Assembly: GCA_041697335.1 (NCBI GenBank)
Contig: JBGUGD010000039.1
Span: forward strand, 1-64,000
Length of the DNA: 64,000 nt
Origin: Vampirovibrionaceae bacterium NZW_1234
GTDB taxonomy: Bacteria; Cyanobacteriota; Vampirovibrionia; Vampirovibrionales; JAGQHJ01
Direction: 5' to 3'
Position 1 is the stretch's first letter. Every line of letters starts with the position of its first letter. Positions 30,532 through 40,641 of the stretch are shown here, in pieces. A program made the position numbers and the translations under genes. The notes under the pieces were generated by a model. It worked only from the letters and a program-made list of their open reading frames with translations. It searched no databases and was not told where the DNA came from.

Positions 30532-31829
30532 AGCTGGCGGGAATCCAGTACGTCGGATTGGAGTTTAGCAAAGCAGGCTTTCGGGCCTGCTTTTTGCTGG
30601 GCCAAGCCCGCATACAGATTGACCAGGTCGGCCACAATTTCTTCCTGACTGTAGCGACTCACCACAGTCTGGCGCGCGTGAATACCCAGCCGAGTTAAGA
30701 GTTCCGGACTATCAAGCAAGAGCCGCATAGCTTGCCCAAGGCTGCTGGCCGTCTGTTCGGTCACCAGAAAGCCATCTTCCCCATGGCGGATAATCTCCAG
30801 AGGCCCACCCTGGGCAAACCCGACTACGGGAGCTTCACAGGCCATGGCTTCAATAAACACCCTGCCGAAGGGTTCACAAAAGGAGGGCGCCACGAATAAT
30901 TTACACTGACTATACCAGTAAGACATTTGGTCATAGGCAATGCGGCCCAGAAAATGAACCCGCTCTGCCGCTGGATGCCCTTGTAAGCGCTCGCGTATCT
31001 GATGCTCATAGGCCGGCTGGCGGTAATCAAATTCACCGGCAATGGCCAAATGTACCTCCGGCATGGCGGCGCTGATGTCTGCAAGAAACGCCTCAACCAA
31101 AAGATGCAGGCCTTTTTCGTAAATCAACCGCCCGGAATAAAAAATAAATGGCGTCTCGGGCATCAGCCCATACCGTTGAAAATACCCTTCAGGCGCCTCT
31201 GTCGGGGACAAGCGGATGACATCAATCGGTGATTCAGAAACCTGACGGGGGTGATCGTCGGATCCCAAGCCCAGGTAGTCTACCATGCCGGTTAAAGCAT
31301 GATGGGAAACCCCCAGCCAGTAATCCGCATCCAGCGCCACTTGGCGTAAATAATGCTTAAATAATTGCCGCCGCTTGGCTTTGAGTTGGGGCAAGGCCCC
31401 TTCAATGCGTTCGTAGGTTTCCCGATTTTCATGAAACTTGGCTATCAGGGGTACGCCCAGTTTAGTTTTGTAAAAACGACCCCACGCCAGGCTTTCAAAA
31501 AACGTCACCGGGCATTGGATCACGTCCACGGGATCTTGTCGGTGAACCCGTTCGATATCTTTGGCTAAGAGCCAACTGTTCCACAAACAGGTCGCCCCTG
31601 TCCAGGAGCGTTGGTACACTTTATGTTGGGGAACACGCCGCACCAGCACACCTTCTTCTTGAGTATGCCAATCCTCCCCGGTGGTGCTAGAGGCAAAAAC
31701 AGTGACACGGTGTCCCTGACGAACCAACTCTTCGGCAATCTGCCGTGTATACAAAGCCAGTCCACCCCCCGGATCAGGAGGATAATAGCGAGAAATCAAG
31801 CCAATATGCATGGCTGAATCGGTTGTCAT
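30528..31829 (-). CDS. GT4-family glycosyltransferase
   Basis: [35 protein letters not shown]. Confidence 0.9.
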   Translation of the reverse strand: MTTDSAMHIGLISRYYPPDPGGGLALYTRQIAEELVRQGHRVTVFASSTTGEDWHTQEEGVLVRRVPQHKVYQRSWTGATCLWNSWLLAKDIERVHRQDPVDVIQCPVTFFESLAWGRFYKTKLGVPLIAKFHENRETYERIEGALPQLKAKRRQLFKHYLRQVALDADYWLGVSHHALTGMVDYLGLGSDDHPRQVSESPIDVIRLSPTEAPEGYFQRYGLMPETPFIFYSGRLIYEKGLHLLVEAFLADISAAMPEVHLAIAGEFDYRQPAYEHQIRERLQGHPAAERVHFLGRIAYDQMSYWYSQCKLFVAPSFCEPFGRVFIEAMACEAPVVGFAQGGPLEIIRHGEDGFLVTEQTASSLGQAMRLLLDSPELLTRLGIHARQTVVSRYSQEEIVADLVNLYAGLAQQKAGPKACFAKLQSDVLDSRQL

Positions 31830-33082
31830 GAGACCAACACTCCTTCTTGCTGGTAAAAACCTAACAACAATTCCATATGTCGCTCTAAATCAAAGGTCCG
31901 CTTTACCCATCGAGCGGCCCGCTCTCCAATGGCATTGGCCTCCGAAGCCGACATATTGGCAACATAGCCTATAGCATGTCGCAAGGCTTCATGATTTCCA
32001 GGCGGAACCAGAAAGCCGGTTTCACCGGGAATCACCAGTTCGGGAATCGCCCCCACGTCAGAACCAATCACCATCGTGCCGCAAGCAAAGGCTTCCAAAA
32101 TACTCAGGCCAAAAATTTCCCCCCATCTTGAAGGCATTACCACGGCCCGGGCTTGCTGCAAATACGGTACCAATTCGGCCTCGGACAAAGCTCCGAGCCA
32201 CGTAATGTGCGATAGCCCGTTACGCTCCGTCTGGCGGCGCAGGAATGGGTACATAGGCCCTTCCCCTGCAATTAGCACACGGATATCTTTTAAGGGCGCT
32301 ACGGCTTGCAAGAAGGTGGTAATGCCTTTTTCCGGAGAAATCCGCCCGGCATACAAAAAGGTTCTACCCCCTTCGGGCTTGGTTAATGCCGGAGTAAACC
32401 GTGTGGTATCAACAAAGTTTGGATGCAGCTGCAAGGTATGGGGTGCCACACCGGAAGAAAGCAATAAATTTCGTAAATACCCGCTCGGGGCCAAATGCAG
32501 GTCGGGTTGAGTCCGATATCGCCGATGATTAAGGGACCACTCCAGTGTCGAAACAATGCTACGAGCCACGGAATTTTCCTGGCACCGATGTTGGACACAT
32601 TTCCATGGCTGACCATACAGGCAGGGCATGCGTTCACAATAGGAGGCCTCCCCTTGTAACAACTTCCCGGTAGGGCAGGCCAGCTTGACGTAGTGATGGG
32701 TTTGAATCAGGGGAATCTGCCGCCGTTGGGCCGCATCGTAAATGGCTGGCGAAAAACTGCGCATCAGCCCATGCACATGCACCACGTCAGGACGAAAATC
32801 ATCTAAAAACGCCCCGAATTGTTTTCCCACTTGGGGATTGTAAATGCTCTGGGCCACATCGCGAAACACAAGCGGCAGCCGCTTGAGGGACAGCGAATAC
32901 CGCTGGCGATCCACGTCCTTGGGAAAATAATGGCGGTAGGGCGAATCAAGATTACGTTCATGGGATTGGGCAAAAATAACGGCCTCATGCCCCCGACGCA
33001 GCAGTTCCTCGCGCTGGACCAGGACCACTTTGTCCATGCCCCCATCCAGCCAATCTCGATGGTTCACAAAGGCAATACGCAT
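31826..33082 (-). CDS. GT4-family glycosyltransferase (with Cys-rich insert)
   Basis: FRPDVVHVH, H.Y.L.CP, GRISPEKG, EIFGLSILEAFA. Confidence 0.9.
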   Translation of the reverse strand: MRIAFVNHRDWLDGGMDKVVLVQREELLRRGHEAVIFAQSHERNLDSPYRHYFPKDVDRQRYSLSLKRLPLVFRDVAQSIYNPQVGKQFGAFLDDFRPDVVHVHGLMRSFSPAIYDAAQRRQIPLIQTHHYVKLACPTGKLLQGEASYCERMPCLYGQPWKCVQHRCQENSVARSIVSTLEWSLNHRRYRTQPDLHLAPSGYLRNLLLSSGVAPHTLQLHPNFVDTTRFTPALTKPEGGRTFLYAGRISPEKGITTFLQAVAPLKDIRVLIAGEGPMYPFLRRQTERNGLSHITWLGALSEAELVPYLQQARAVVMPSRWGEIFGLSILEAFACGTMVIGSDVGAIPELVIPGETGFLVPPGNHEALRHAIGYVANMSASEANAIGERAARWVKRTFDLERHMELLLGFYQQEGVLVS

Positions 33083-33930
33083 TAGTGGCTCGCTTCAAGG
33101 GTTTGAACAGATTGACGCTTAAGCCCGATATGGCAGGCCAGACGAAGGGCAAACGGAAAGTCCTGAACGATATAGCGCTCAAATAAACTGCGTTCTCGCC
33201 GCTGACGATCAAATAAGAGACGATACACCCATTCCAGTCCGGCATGTTGCATCCATACAGGGGCTCGGCCTACCGTTCCGGCAATATAGTCAAATGCTCC
33301 CCCAACCGGCACAATAACACAGTCAGGAAGCCTATCCCAATTGCGATCAATCCACATGGTCTGCCACGGTGAACCCAGGGCCACAAAGATGACCTGTGGC
33401 CGAGCCTCTTGAATTTGCTTGAGAACGGCATCATTGATCTGGGGATCGTCCAATAAATGACGCGGCTGAGACCAATGATGGATGGAACGGGGCAAACTAT
33501 TACTCGCCGCTAATTTACCCTTGGCCTGGGCCAGCGTAATTTCATTCGAACCCAGCACAAACACCCGATAAGATTCACGGGCGCACAAGCGCAGCATCAT
33601 GGGAACCACATCAGTCAGCGCTAATCTTTGGGGCACTTCAACACCCGCCATTTTTGCCAGCCAACATACCGGCACCCCATCCACCAGAATAATATTGGCA
33701 CGGTCGTTCAAGACCTGGCGATAGGCTGCGTCCTGACGTGCATGCCACAATATATCCATATTCACATTATCAATTAGAAGCTTACGGCCGTTTTGGCAGG
33801 CGAGTCGAACACCGTGCAAAAGCTCATCCATGGTCAAAAGCGATATTCCCACCTGAAGGGCTGGAATAAACACTTTGGAATACACCCATGTTGCATCCGC
33901 TTTGGGTCGCACATCGGTCATGCTAAACAT
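33082..33930 (-). CDS. WecB/TagA/CpsF-family glycosyltransferase (GT26)
   Basis: DGVPV.W, VALGSP.Q, VGGAFDYIAG...RAP.WMQ..GLEW.YRL. Confidence 0.9.
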   Translation of the reverse strand: MFSMTDVRPKADATWVYSKVFIPALQVGISLLTMDELLHGVRLACQNGRKLLIDNVNMDILWHARQDAAYRQVLNDRANIILVDGVPVCWLAKMAGVEVPQRLALTDVVPMMLRLCARESYRVFVLGSNEITLAQAKGKLAASNSLPRSIHHWSQPRHLLDDPQINDAVLKQIQEARPQVIFVALGSPWQTMWIDRNWDRLPDCVIVPVGGAFDYIAGTVGRAPVWMQHAGLEWVYRLLFDRQRRERSLFERYIVQDFPFALRLACHIGLKRQSVQTLEASH

Positions 33931-34367
33931 TGCATACAGCTCCTTATGCTTGATGCTTGCCGAAAAAGCAAATTCCGCATTTGATGAAAACTACCCCCAA
34001 TAAAAACAAAAAACCCGACATTAAAAATTACTCCCCCTGGCAGTGTTCCGCAAACGAGACCTATGCCCTCAGCTTGAAGACGCCAGGAGCAGCCAAGATA
34101 GGCAGTAAAAGGTGACACCCTACCCAGGGCTAAATAGTCGGCCTGGACCATATTGTCTACACCCTTGGGCAATAGTCTTCAATCCGCAAATTCGATAAGG
34201 TCTTCAACAATACAGAAATCAACCACAAGAACACTTGGACCCAGGACGAAGACCCTGAAATAAAAGGGTTTTCGATATTGATGCCACAGACGTTGGCAGA
34301 TGTTGGTATGGTTTCCAAACCACAAGCAATTGAGTCAGTTAGTTAGCATGGGGCAACAGAGGATTTC

Positions 34368-35075
34368 GTGGCAATGGCTTGGTTTAATCGCATCGGGTTG
34401 AATTCACCTTCTTTATTCTCCGACAGGATGACGAGAGATGTGACCATGCCCATGTCTCCACAAGCCAAACGCATTCAATGGTTTATGAAACGCGGCATGG
34501 ATATTCTTTTAAGTGGTGGCGGGCTGATTCTGCTGAGCCCGTTTTTAGCCCTCGTCATGCTGCTTATCAAGCTGGACTCTCCAGGCCCATGCTTTATCCG
34601 ACAACGCCGTGTCGGGTATTTGGGACAAGAGTTTTATATGTATAAGTTTCGAAGCATGGTGGCCGATGCCGATCGCTATCGCCAGGCCTTATTGGCTCAA
34701 AACGAAACCAACGATTTTATGTTCAAAATGAAGGCCGATCCCCGCATCACGCGCGTGGGCAAATGGATCCGCCGCTATAGCATTGATGAGCTGCCTCAGC
34801 TGATTAATGTGCTGAAGGGGGAAATGAGCCTCGTAGGACCTCGCCCTCCCTTGCCCGATGAAGTCTGTCGCTATCGTAAATCCTACCTCAAACGCCTGGC
34901 CACGGTTCCAGGTCTCACCTGCAACTGGCAGATCAGTGGGCGCTCGGACATCCAAAATTTTGATCAGGTAGTTGAATTGGATGTCAGCTATATTCGCTCA
35001 TGGTCTTTGTGGCGGGATCTGGAAATTCTGATAAAAACCGTTCCCATCGTGATTAGTGCAAAAGGTGCCGCATAA
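34368..35075 (+). CDS. Priming undecaprenyl-phosphate sugar phosphotransferase (bacterial sugar transferase)
   Basis: KR.MDI, YKFRSM, DPRITRVG..IRRYSIDELPQL.NVLKGEMSLVGPRP. Confidence 0.92.
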   Translation: MAMAWFNRIGLNSPSLFSDRMTRDVTMPMSPQAKRIQWFMKRGMDILLSGGGLILLSPFLALVMLLIKLDSPGPCFIRQRRVGYLGQEFYMYKFRSMVADADRYRQALLAQNETNDFMFKMKADPRITRVGKWIRRYSIDELPQLINVLKGEMSLVGPRPPLPDEVCRYRKSYLKRLATVPGLTCNWQISGRSDIQNFDQVVELDVSYIRSWSLWRDLEILIKTVPIVISAKGAA

Positions 35076-35099
35076 AAAAACGGAGTTGGAAGACACGCT

Positions 35100-35891
35100 A
35101 TGCTTCTACACACAACGTCATCTCGACCACGTGCGATTAAGCAATCGCTTTTGGAAGCTCCCTTGTTGAGCATTATTCCCTGGTTGGCAGAGCCGCTGTA
35201 TGCGGCATTTTATCCACCCAATTATCATCAAACCGATCGCCTGCCGGATGCCCCAGCCTATGCATTTTTAACAACGCGTCTCATGGAATTGCGCACGGAT
35301 ATGGAGCAGGCACTGTGTGTCAACGTCGCTTCGACAACCCGAGGCAAAAGCACCTCTTGGATGGTCATGAAACTGGTTCATTTTTTATCTCGCCATCATC
35401 AACGCGTACTGGTTATGGATGCGGATTTTTCATGGCCCACCCTGCACCTGGCCTTTGATCTGGCTTATGATTCGGGATTATCCTTTGTTGACTTGCTGAG
35501 GCATTGCCATCCGGAAATGAACTGGGCTGAAATGCCAAACGACTTCTGGAGGCGTTTTCAAGAACAATGCCATTCATCTTCAGATCTCCCCGGGGTCACC
35601 TTACTGCATAACACCCCGGCCTTAAAATCCGCAACCGAAGCCCAGCAAACGCTGACAGACAATTTGGCATTGCTGCCATCTTTGCTGAGTTATCTTAAAC
35701 CCCATTTCGACTGGATTGTGATGGATACCGGCCCCCTGACCGCAACCCCCGAGAATCGAGAACTCTGTGCCATCGGGGATGGGCTGGTTTTGCTTGAAGA
35801 TCGGCTCTTCAATGAAAAAGAACGCCGAGCCCTGCATCAAATCCTCTTAGATGACAATATTCATGTCCTGGGTCGCGTAAAGCGTCACTAG
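35100..35891 (+). CDS. CpsD/CapB-like (BY-kinase fold) protein, divergent
   Basis: Shortened P-loop STTRGKST, VLVMDADF..P, FDWIVMDTGP; no C-terminal Tyr cluster. Confidence 0.7.
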   Translation: MLLHTTSSRPRAIKQSLLEAPLLSIIPWLAEPLYAAFYPPNYHQTDRLPDAPAYAFLTTRLMELRTDMEQALCVNVASTTRGKSTSWMVMKLVHFLSRHHQRVLVMDADFSWPTLHLAFDLAYDSGLSFVDLLRHCHPEMNWAEMPNDFWRRFQEQCHSSSDLPGVTLLHNTPALKSATEAQQTLTDNLALLPSLLSYLKPHFDWIVMDTGPLTATPENRELCAIGDGLVLLEDRLFNEKERRALHQILLDDNIHVLGRVKRH

Positions 35892-35921
35892 TCTCACCCG
35901 GAGTTTGGGCAACGATATACA

Positions 35922-35954
35922 CAAAAAACACCACAACTTGTGTGGTGTTTTTTG
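35922..35954. terminator. Bidirectional Rho-independent terminator
   Basis: AAAAAACACCACA-ACTTG-TGTGGTGTTTTTT between convergent genes. Confidence 0.85.
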
Positions 35955-35971
35955 AGTAACCCGATTAAACG

Positions 35972-36211
35972 TTAGTCGTTCTTACGACCGGCATGGCTGC
36001 TTTGTCCGCCTTTACGTCCAATAGCGGCCATATGCTCACGATTTTGGCTGACTTTTTCCCCACCTTTGCGGCCCGCTTCGCGAGCTTCATCCGATGTAAA
36101 TTCGTGAGCCGTTCCTTTTTCATGAGCAGCACGGCCGCCTTTACTAGCTATTTCACGTTGCTTCTCGGGAGGCATTGATGCAAATCCCCGTAAGCTTTTC
36201 CCTTCTGCCAT
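35972..36211 (-). CDS. KGG-repeat general stress protein (YciG/GsiB-like)
   Basis: RGFASM, IASKGG, AGRKGG, IGRKGG repeats; GGAGG SD. Confidence 0.92.
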   Translation of the reverse strand: MAEGKSLRGFASMPPEKQREIASKGGRAAHEKGTAHEFTSDEAREAGRKGGEKVSQNREHMAAIGRKGGQSSHAGRKND

Positions 36212-36492
36212 TCTTCAGTCCTCCTTTCCTGGGAGTAATCCTAACCTGTCTATTTACCAGCTTGAGTTCAACCTCATCTTAGAAGGATTTCCAGCCTCAG
36301 AGTATTCTCCAGGTCTCCTATTCCCGGACAAATCACTCTTCATTCAATAGAATTACGCCAATTGACTAGCGCTTAGACAAGCCATTGACTTAAAACACTG
36401 ACACCCAATGGTGAGTTGGCGCTCCAAACAAGCCCTAATAGAGTGGCTCATAACAGACAGAGCCAAAGAAAAACTTCAAAACGGCAGTAAAC

Positions 36493-37524
36493 TTAAAGGG
36501 TCAGTTGATAAAGCTTCATCACCGAACGGACTTCACGCATGGTGTCTTGGCAGGTGGCCCGGGCTTTTTCAGTCCCTTCCCGTAACAGTTGGTGAACATA
36601 TCCCAAGTCGTTAGCCAACGCCTGACGCCGCTCACGAAGCGGACGCATCTCTTCCATAACGAAGTCCAATAAAATTTTCTTGCAGTCCATACATCCACGG
36701 GCTGCCGTGCGACATTCATCGGCAGCCAAAGCCTGCGCCTCAGCAGAGGCAAAGACTTGATAATATTTGTAGATGACTTCGCAATTTTCAGGGTTTCCCG
36801 GATCCGTGCGTTTAATACGAGCCGGATCGGTAATACCCTGTTTCAGTTTGGCCCAGGTCTCATCCTCGGTCTCGCTCAAATAAATCGCATTGCCATAGGA
36901 CTTGCCCATTTTACGGCCATCCAGCCCAGGCAAGAGCGGGGTTTGGGTCAACAGAGGCTGGGGAGGCACAAAGACTTGAGACTGGTATGTATGATTGAAT
37001 CGGGTGACGATGTCTCGGGCAATTTCCAGGTGGGCCAATTGATCCTTACCAACAGGAACCAGCGATCCTTTGACTGACAAAATATCAGCGGCCTGCAGAA
37101 TGGGGTAGCCCAATAAGCCATAGGTCAAATCAGCATTAACCCCATCTCGCAACATTGTCACCATGTCCTTGAGTGTTGGGTCTGTTTCTACCCACTTGTT
37201 GGGAGTGACCATGCTAAAAAGCAAATGCAACTCAGCAATCTCAGGCACCTGAGACTGGATAAACACCGTGGCTTTCTGGGTATCAATGCCAGAAGCCAGC
37301 CAATCCAACGCCACATTCAGGATGTTTTCTTGCAGCATCTCGGTGTTATCGTACTGGGTAGTCAGAGCATGCCAGTCAACAATAGAGAAATAACACTCAT
37401 ACTGGTGCTGAAGCTCAACCCAGTTTCGCAAGACACCCACATAGTGCCCCAGATGCAGTTTTCCTGTCGGCCGCATCCCGGACATAACACGCTTATGTTG
37501 CACTTGATTCGAAGCGGAACTCAT
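36493..37524 (-). CDS. trpS: Tryptophanyl-tRNA synthetase
   Basis: SGMRPTGKLHLGH, YPILQAADIL, VPVGKDQ, KMGKS. Confidence 0.95.
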   Translation of the reverse strand: MSSASNQVQHKRVMSGMRPTGKLHLGHYVGVLRNWVELQHQYECYFSIVDWHALTTQYDNTEMLQENILNVALDWLASGIDTQKATVFIQSQVPEIAELHLLFSMVTPNKWVETDPTLKDMVTMLRDGVNADLTYGLLGYPILQAADILSVKGSLVPVGKDQLAHLEIARDIVTRFNHTYQSQVFVPPQPLLTQTPLLPGLDGRKMGKSYGNAIYLSETEDETWAKLKQGITDPARIKRTDPGNPENCEVIYKYYQVFASAEAQALAADECRTAARGCMDCKKILLDFVMEEMRPLRERRQALANDLGYVHQLLREGTEKARATCQDTMREVRSVMKLYQLTL

Positions 37525-37646
37525 ACCCTTTAGTGTACCCAAGAAAGACCACGAAGAACAACATTGGATTCAAATCACAATTCCCCAGAAGAGCAGGCTT
37601 TTCTCATCTAAAATCCATCAGCCCGATGAATTTTATTTCATCCCAT

Positions 37647-37674
37647 TGAACCCACATTCAGACAGTACCGATAC
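37647..37674 (+). promoter_or_regulatory. Sigma-28-like promoter (weaker -35)
   Basis: TGAAC-N15-ACCGATAC upstream of ATG 37801. Confidence 0.4.
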
Positions 37675-37800
37675 AGCAGATAGCCCTCTGAAGACCGGTG
37701 GTATTTTGGACAAACCCAAGTACACTGTCTCCAGTGGGCTATCAGGGTCCTGCCCCCATAACCCAATTCGCTTTTCCGGTAGTTGTCAAAGGATGCAACC

Positions 37801-38211
37801 ATGAGCCTGTTTTCAAGAATTGCAGCAGCCATCGTTCAAACCAGTGGCCACCCCATTCCGGCCAATGTGGCCAGAAAGTTGCCTAATTTCAACGGTTTGG
37901 CCAACTTTCAGAACATCATGCAAGCACGAGCCATGAATTTACCGGTGATGCCAACGCCGCCCACCCCGCCGGAAAACATGAATGACTCCAAAGCGATGCA
38001 AGAGTATCATATAGCCTTGCAGACCTATAATCAGAATTTTCAAACCTACAATACCCGAATGATGACCTTGTTTTTACAGCGTTTTCAGCTCTTACAGCAA
38101 GCGATCATGCGAGCACAGCAGAGCCAAAGCTCGACCTCAAGTAGCACAAGCCGACTCTCATCCCCAACGCTCGGTGTGGCGGGGATTATTGATAGCGGCA
38201 TTGACTTGTAA
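37801..38211 (+). CDS. Gln/Asn/Met-rich helical hypothetical protein
   Basis: AAGGA SD; PTPPTPP linker followed by a long amphipathic helix and Ser-rich tail. Confidence 0.7.
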   Translation: MSLFSRIAAAIVQTSGHPIPANVARKLPNFNGLANFQNIMQARAMNLPVMPTPPTPPENMNDSKAMQEYHIALQTYNQNFQTYNTRMMTLFLQRFQLLQQAIMRAQQSQSSTSSSTSRLSSPTLGVAGIIDSGIDL

Positions 38212-38904
38212 TTCTAAGGCCTCCAGTCGTCGGATTAATAAAATCACCAGCGTCAAAAGCCCACCGGTCAGTACGCCCCCCAGGTGAGCCATATGGGCAA
38301 CGTTGGCTTGAAGACCAAACTCCAGGTAAGCCCAAAGCATCAATGCTTGAGTTCCGGCCCAAAGGCCTAACAATATCGCTGAGACCATCACAAAGATACC
38401 TTGCCAACTTTTAAAGGGCACAGAGCAATGTCGGGGGAGTAACAGCAAAAACGCAGCCATAACACCGGACACCGGACCGCTGGCTCCGATACTGGGTACC
38501 CAGGACATGGGATTACTCCAGACTTGTAAAGCATCAGCGCCAAGGCCACAGACCAGAAAGAAAACCAGATAGGTCCAATGCCCCATTCGACGCTCCACAT
38601 AACTGCCAAAGACGAGTAAATAAATCATGTTTGAAAGCAAGTGAGCGACATCCACATGCAAAAACATCATGGTCCAGAGACTAATCCAGTAAGGATAAGG
38701 CCCCACCGGAGGCAGATCCGTATGAGTTGTGAATTCTACGGGCATCAGTCCATATTCAAAGATTCCGGCCTGAACATGACTGAGCGGCTTGTCCCACTGC
38801 CAATACCAGAACACCAACACATTGAGTAAAACCAAACCCAAAGTGACAAAAGGCCATCGACAAACCGGTCTGGCCACTGCCTCTCTGGGAATCCCGCGAT
38901 GCAT
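38158..38904 (-). CDS. Rhomboid-family intramembrane serine protease
   Basis: MFLH....HL..NM, VERRMG, IGASG, AH.AHLGG. Confidence 0.9.
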   Translation of the reverse strand: MHRGIPREAVARPVCRWPFVTLGLVLLNVLVFWYWQWDKPLSHVQAGIFEYGLMPVEFTTHTDLPPVGPYPYWISLWTMMFLHVDVAHLLSNMIYLLVFGSYVERRMGHWTYLVFFLVCGLGADALQVWSNPMSWVPSIGASGPVSGVMAAFLLLLPRHCSVPFKSWQGIFVMVSAILLGLWAGTQALMLWAYLEFGLQANVAHMAHLGGVLTGGLLTLVILLIRRLEALELQVNAAINNPRHTERWG

Positions 38905-39056
38905 GGGTACGCCTCTCCCCTCATACTATCCCTTCACCCTAACACACCCTTTGGAGACCCACCTTCGCCAAGTCGGCAAGTCCAGGACACCCCCTTCCCG
39001 TTTCTCTCGGCTCAGCCAGCTTCCCCAAAATCCGCTTGAAAACCCATCATCATCGC

Positions 39057-39083
39057 TGAAGTAGTTTGATTTTTAGTCGATAC
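39057..39083 (+). promoter_or_regulatory. Sigma-28-like promoter
   Basis: TGAAG-N14-GTCGATAC upstream of the metallophosphoesterase gene. Confidence 0.5.
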
Positions 39084-39143
39084 TCATGCAAAGTATCATC
39101 ATCAGTCATCCCCCATATCGGCTAACCCACGTGAGGAGGAATC

Positions 39144-40079
39144 ATGCCCGAGTCGGATAAATCCGTTTCCCGTTGGACCCAGCTGGGACATCAGTTATCA
39201 GAGCAGATTAGCCGATGGCTTCCCCCGTCATCAGCCCAGCAGTTCCGGATTGCATCTCACCGTACGTATATTCCGAACCTTCCGGACGCGCTCGAAGGGC
39301 TCCGGGTGGTGCAATTATCTGATATTCACTATTACGAATACAGCTCCCACTCCTATCATCAGCAAGTGGTTGATACTGTAAACCACCTGAACGCCGATAT
39401 TATTATCACCACGGGTGACATCATCCACTACGGCTCCAAATGCCTTGATACCGGCCACTCCTTCTTGCACCAGCTCAAGGCCCGACTCGGAAAGTTTGCC
39501 TGTTTGGGAAACCATGATTATAGCGACGGCCATCGAAGCCAAGGACTGCGGGTTATGCAACGAGAAGCCGGCTTTGACATGCTGGTGAATGACGCCATTA
39601 TTCTGGATATTGATGGGCAGCCCTTGTGTATTTCGGGCATTGATGATTGCCGCCATGGCACCCCGAATATTGAGAAAGCATTCCAGACCATTGATGCCTC
39701 GATGACTCATCTTTGCCTGATTCACAACCCCGCTTTGGCCCCACATGTGGCCAAAGCAGAGAATGCACCTCACCTGGTGATGGCAGGACATACCCACGGC
39801 GGGCACGTGAATCATATGGTCGTTAATTGGATCCAGCGTCATCTCCTGGATCATGACTACCAATATGGCTGGTTTACCTTTCAAGAAAAAACCCAGCTCT
39901 ACGTCACTAGTGGCGTCGGCTCGGCCAGCTTTGCCGTCCACAAACCCGAGCATGATTTTCATTTTGCGCTGCACCCGTTTCGGGTCAACAGTGCTCCGGA
40001 AATTGCCGTATTTGACCTCACCGGTCAAACACGCTTCGATGCCCCCGCTGTGATGGAATCGTCTCGCATCTGTGCATAA
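39144..40079 (+). CDS. Calcineurin-like metallophosphoesterase (YkuE-like)
   Basis: SDIH, TGD, GNHD, HNP, GHTHGG. Confidence 0.9.
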   Translation: MPESDKSVSRWTQLGHQLSEQISRWLPPSSAQQFRIASHRTYIPNLPDALEGLRVVQLSDIHYYEYSSHSYHQQVVDTVNHLNADIIITTGDIIHYGSKCLDTGHSFLHQLKARLGKFACLGNHDYSDGHRSQGLRVMQREAGFDMLVNDAIILDIDGQPLCISGIDDCRHGTPNIEKAFQTIDASMTHLCLIHNPALAPHVAKAENAPHLVMAGHTHGGHVNHMVVNWIQRHLLDHDYQYGWFTFQEKTQLYVTSGVGSASFAVHKPEHDFHFALHPFRVNSAPEIAVFDLTGQTRFDAPAVMESSRICA

Positions 40080-40167
40080 GCAAAAACCAGCTCTGGCATG
40101 ACTTTGCTGACGTCGCTGTTTGGCGTAACATGGTGACCGATGAAGATTAAGGATAAAGGGCATCGTC

Positions 40168-40641
40168 ATGACGCACCTCGCTTCAATCAACGACACTGTA
40201 CCCAACAGGGCAGCAAGGCCCAGATTTGGCTGGGTGGCCAATGACCAGGAGAAAGACCTGATTATTCACACCGCCCGGCAGTTGATGCCGTTATACCCAA
40301 CCCAGGCCGATTTGTATCTGGTGCAGGAATCCATCGGGCTGAATCGAGACTCGAAGAAACCCTTGGGATTCTTTAAAACCCTAACCTATTTGGCCAGCGC
40401 GATTCGAGACGAGCTTCGAATCAATCGGCTTCGCCGTGAAAAGCCGACGGTGAACTATTTTCTCTGGATCAAAAACGTAAACACCCCACCTCAATTTGTT
40501 GAGCAAAGCTTGAAAAACGTGGACGCGTTCGCCAAAAAAGAGTTGGCGCCTCAAGGAATCGACATAAACGTTCAAGCCAAGGCCGTGTCAGATAACGCGG
40601 TTTTAATGCGTTTTCGAGAAACGCGACCTCAGGACGAATAA
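40168..40641 (+). CDS. Hypothetical protein with N-terminal PRFG leader
   Basis: 157-aa ORF with AAAGGG SD; no family recognised. Confidence 0.7.
   Translation: MTHLASINDTVPNRAARPRFGWVANDQEKDLIIHTARQLMPLYPTQADLYLVQESIGLNRDSKKPLGFFKTLTYLASAIRDELRINRLRREKPTVNYFLWIKNVNTPPQFVEQSLKNVDAFAKKELAPQGIDINVQAKAVSDNAVLMRFRETRPQDE

Noticed and set aside
40094..40108. Sigma-54 promoter TGGCATGACTTTGCT upstream of the 40168 gene
   Set aside because: GG-to-GC spacing is 9 nt rather than the required 10
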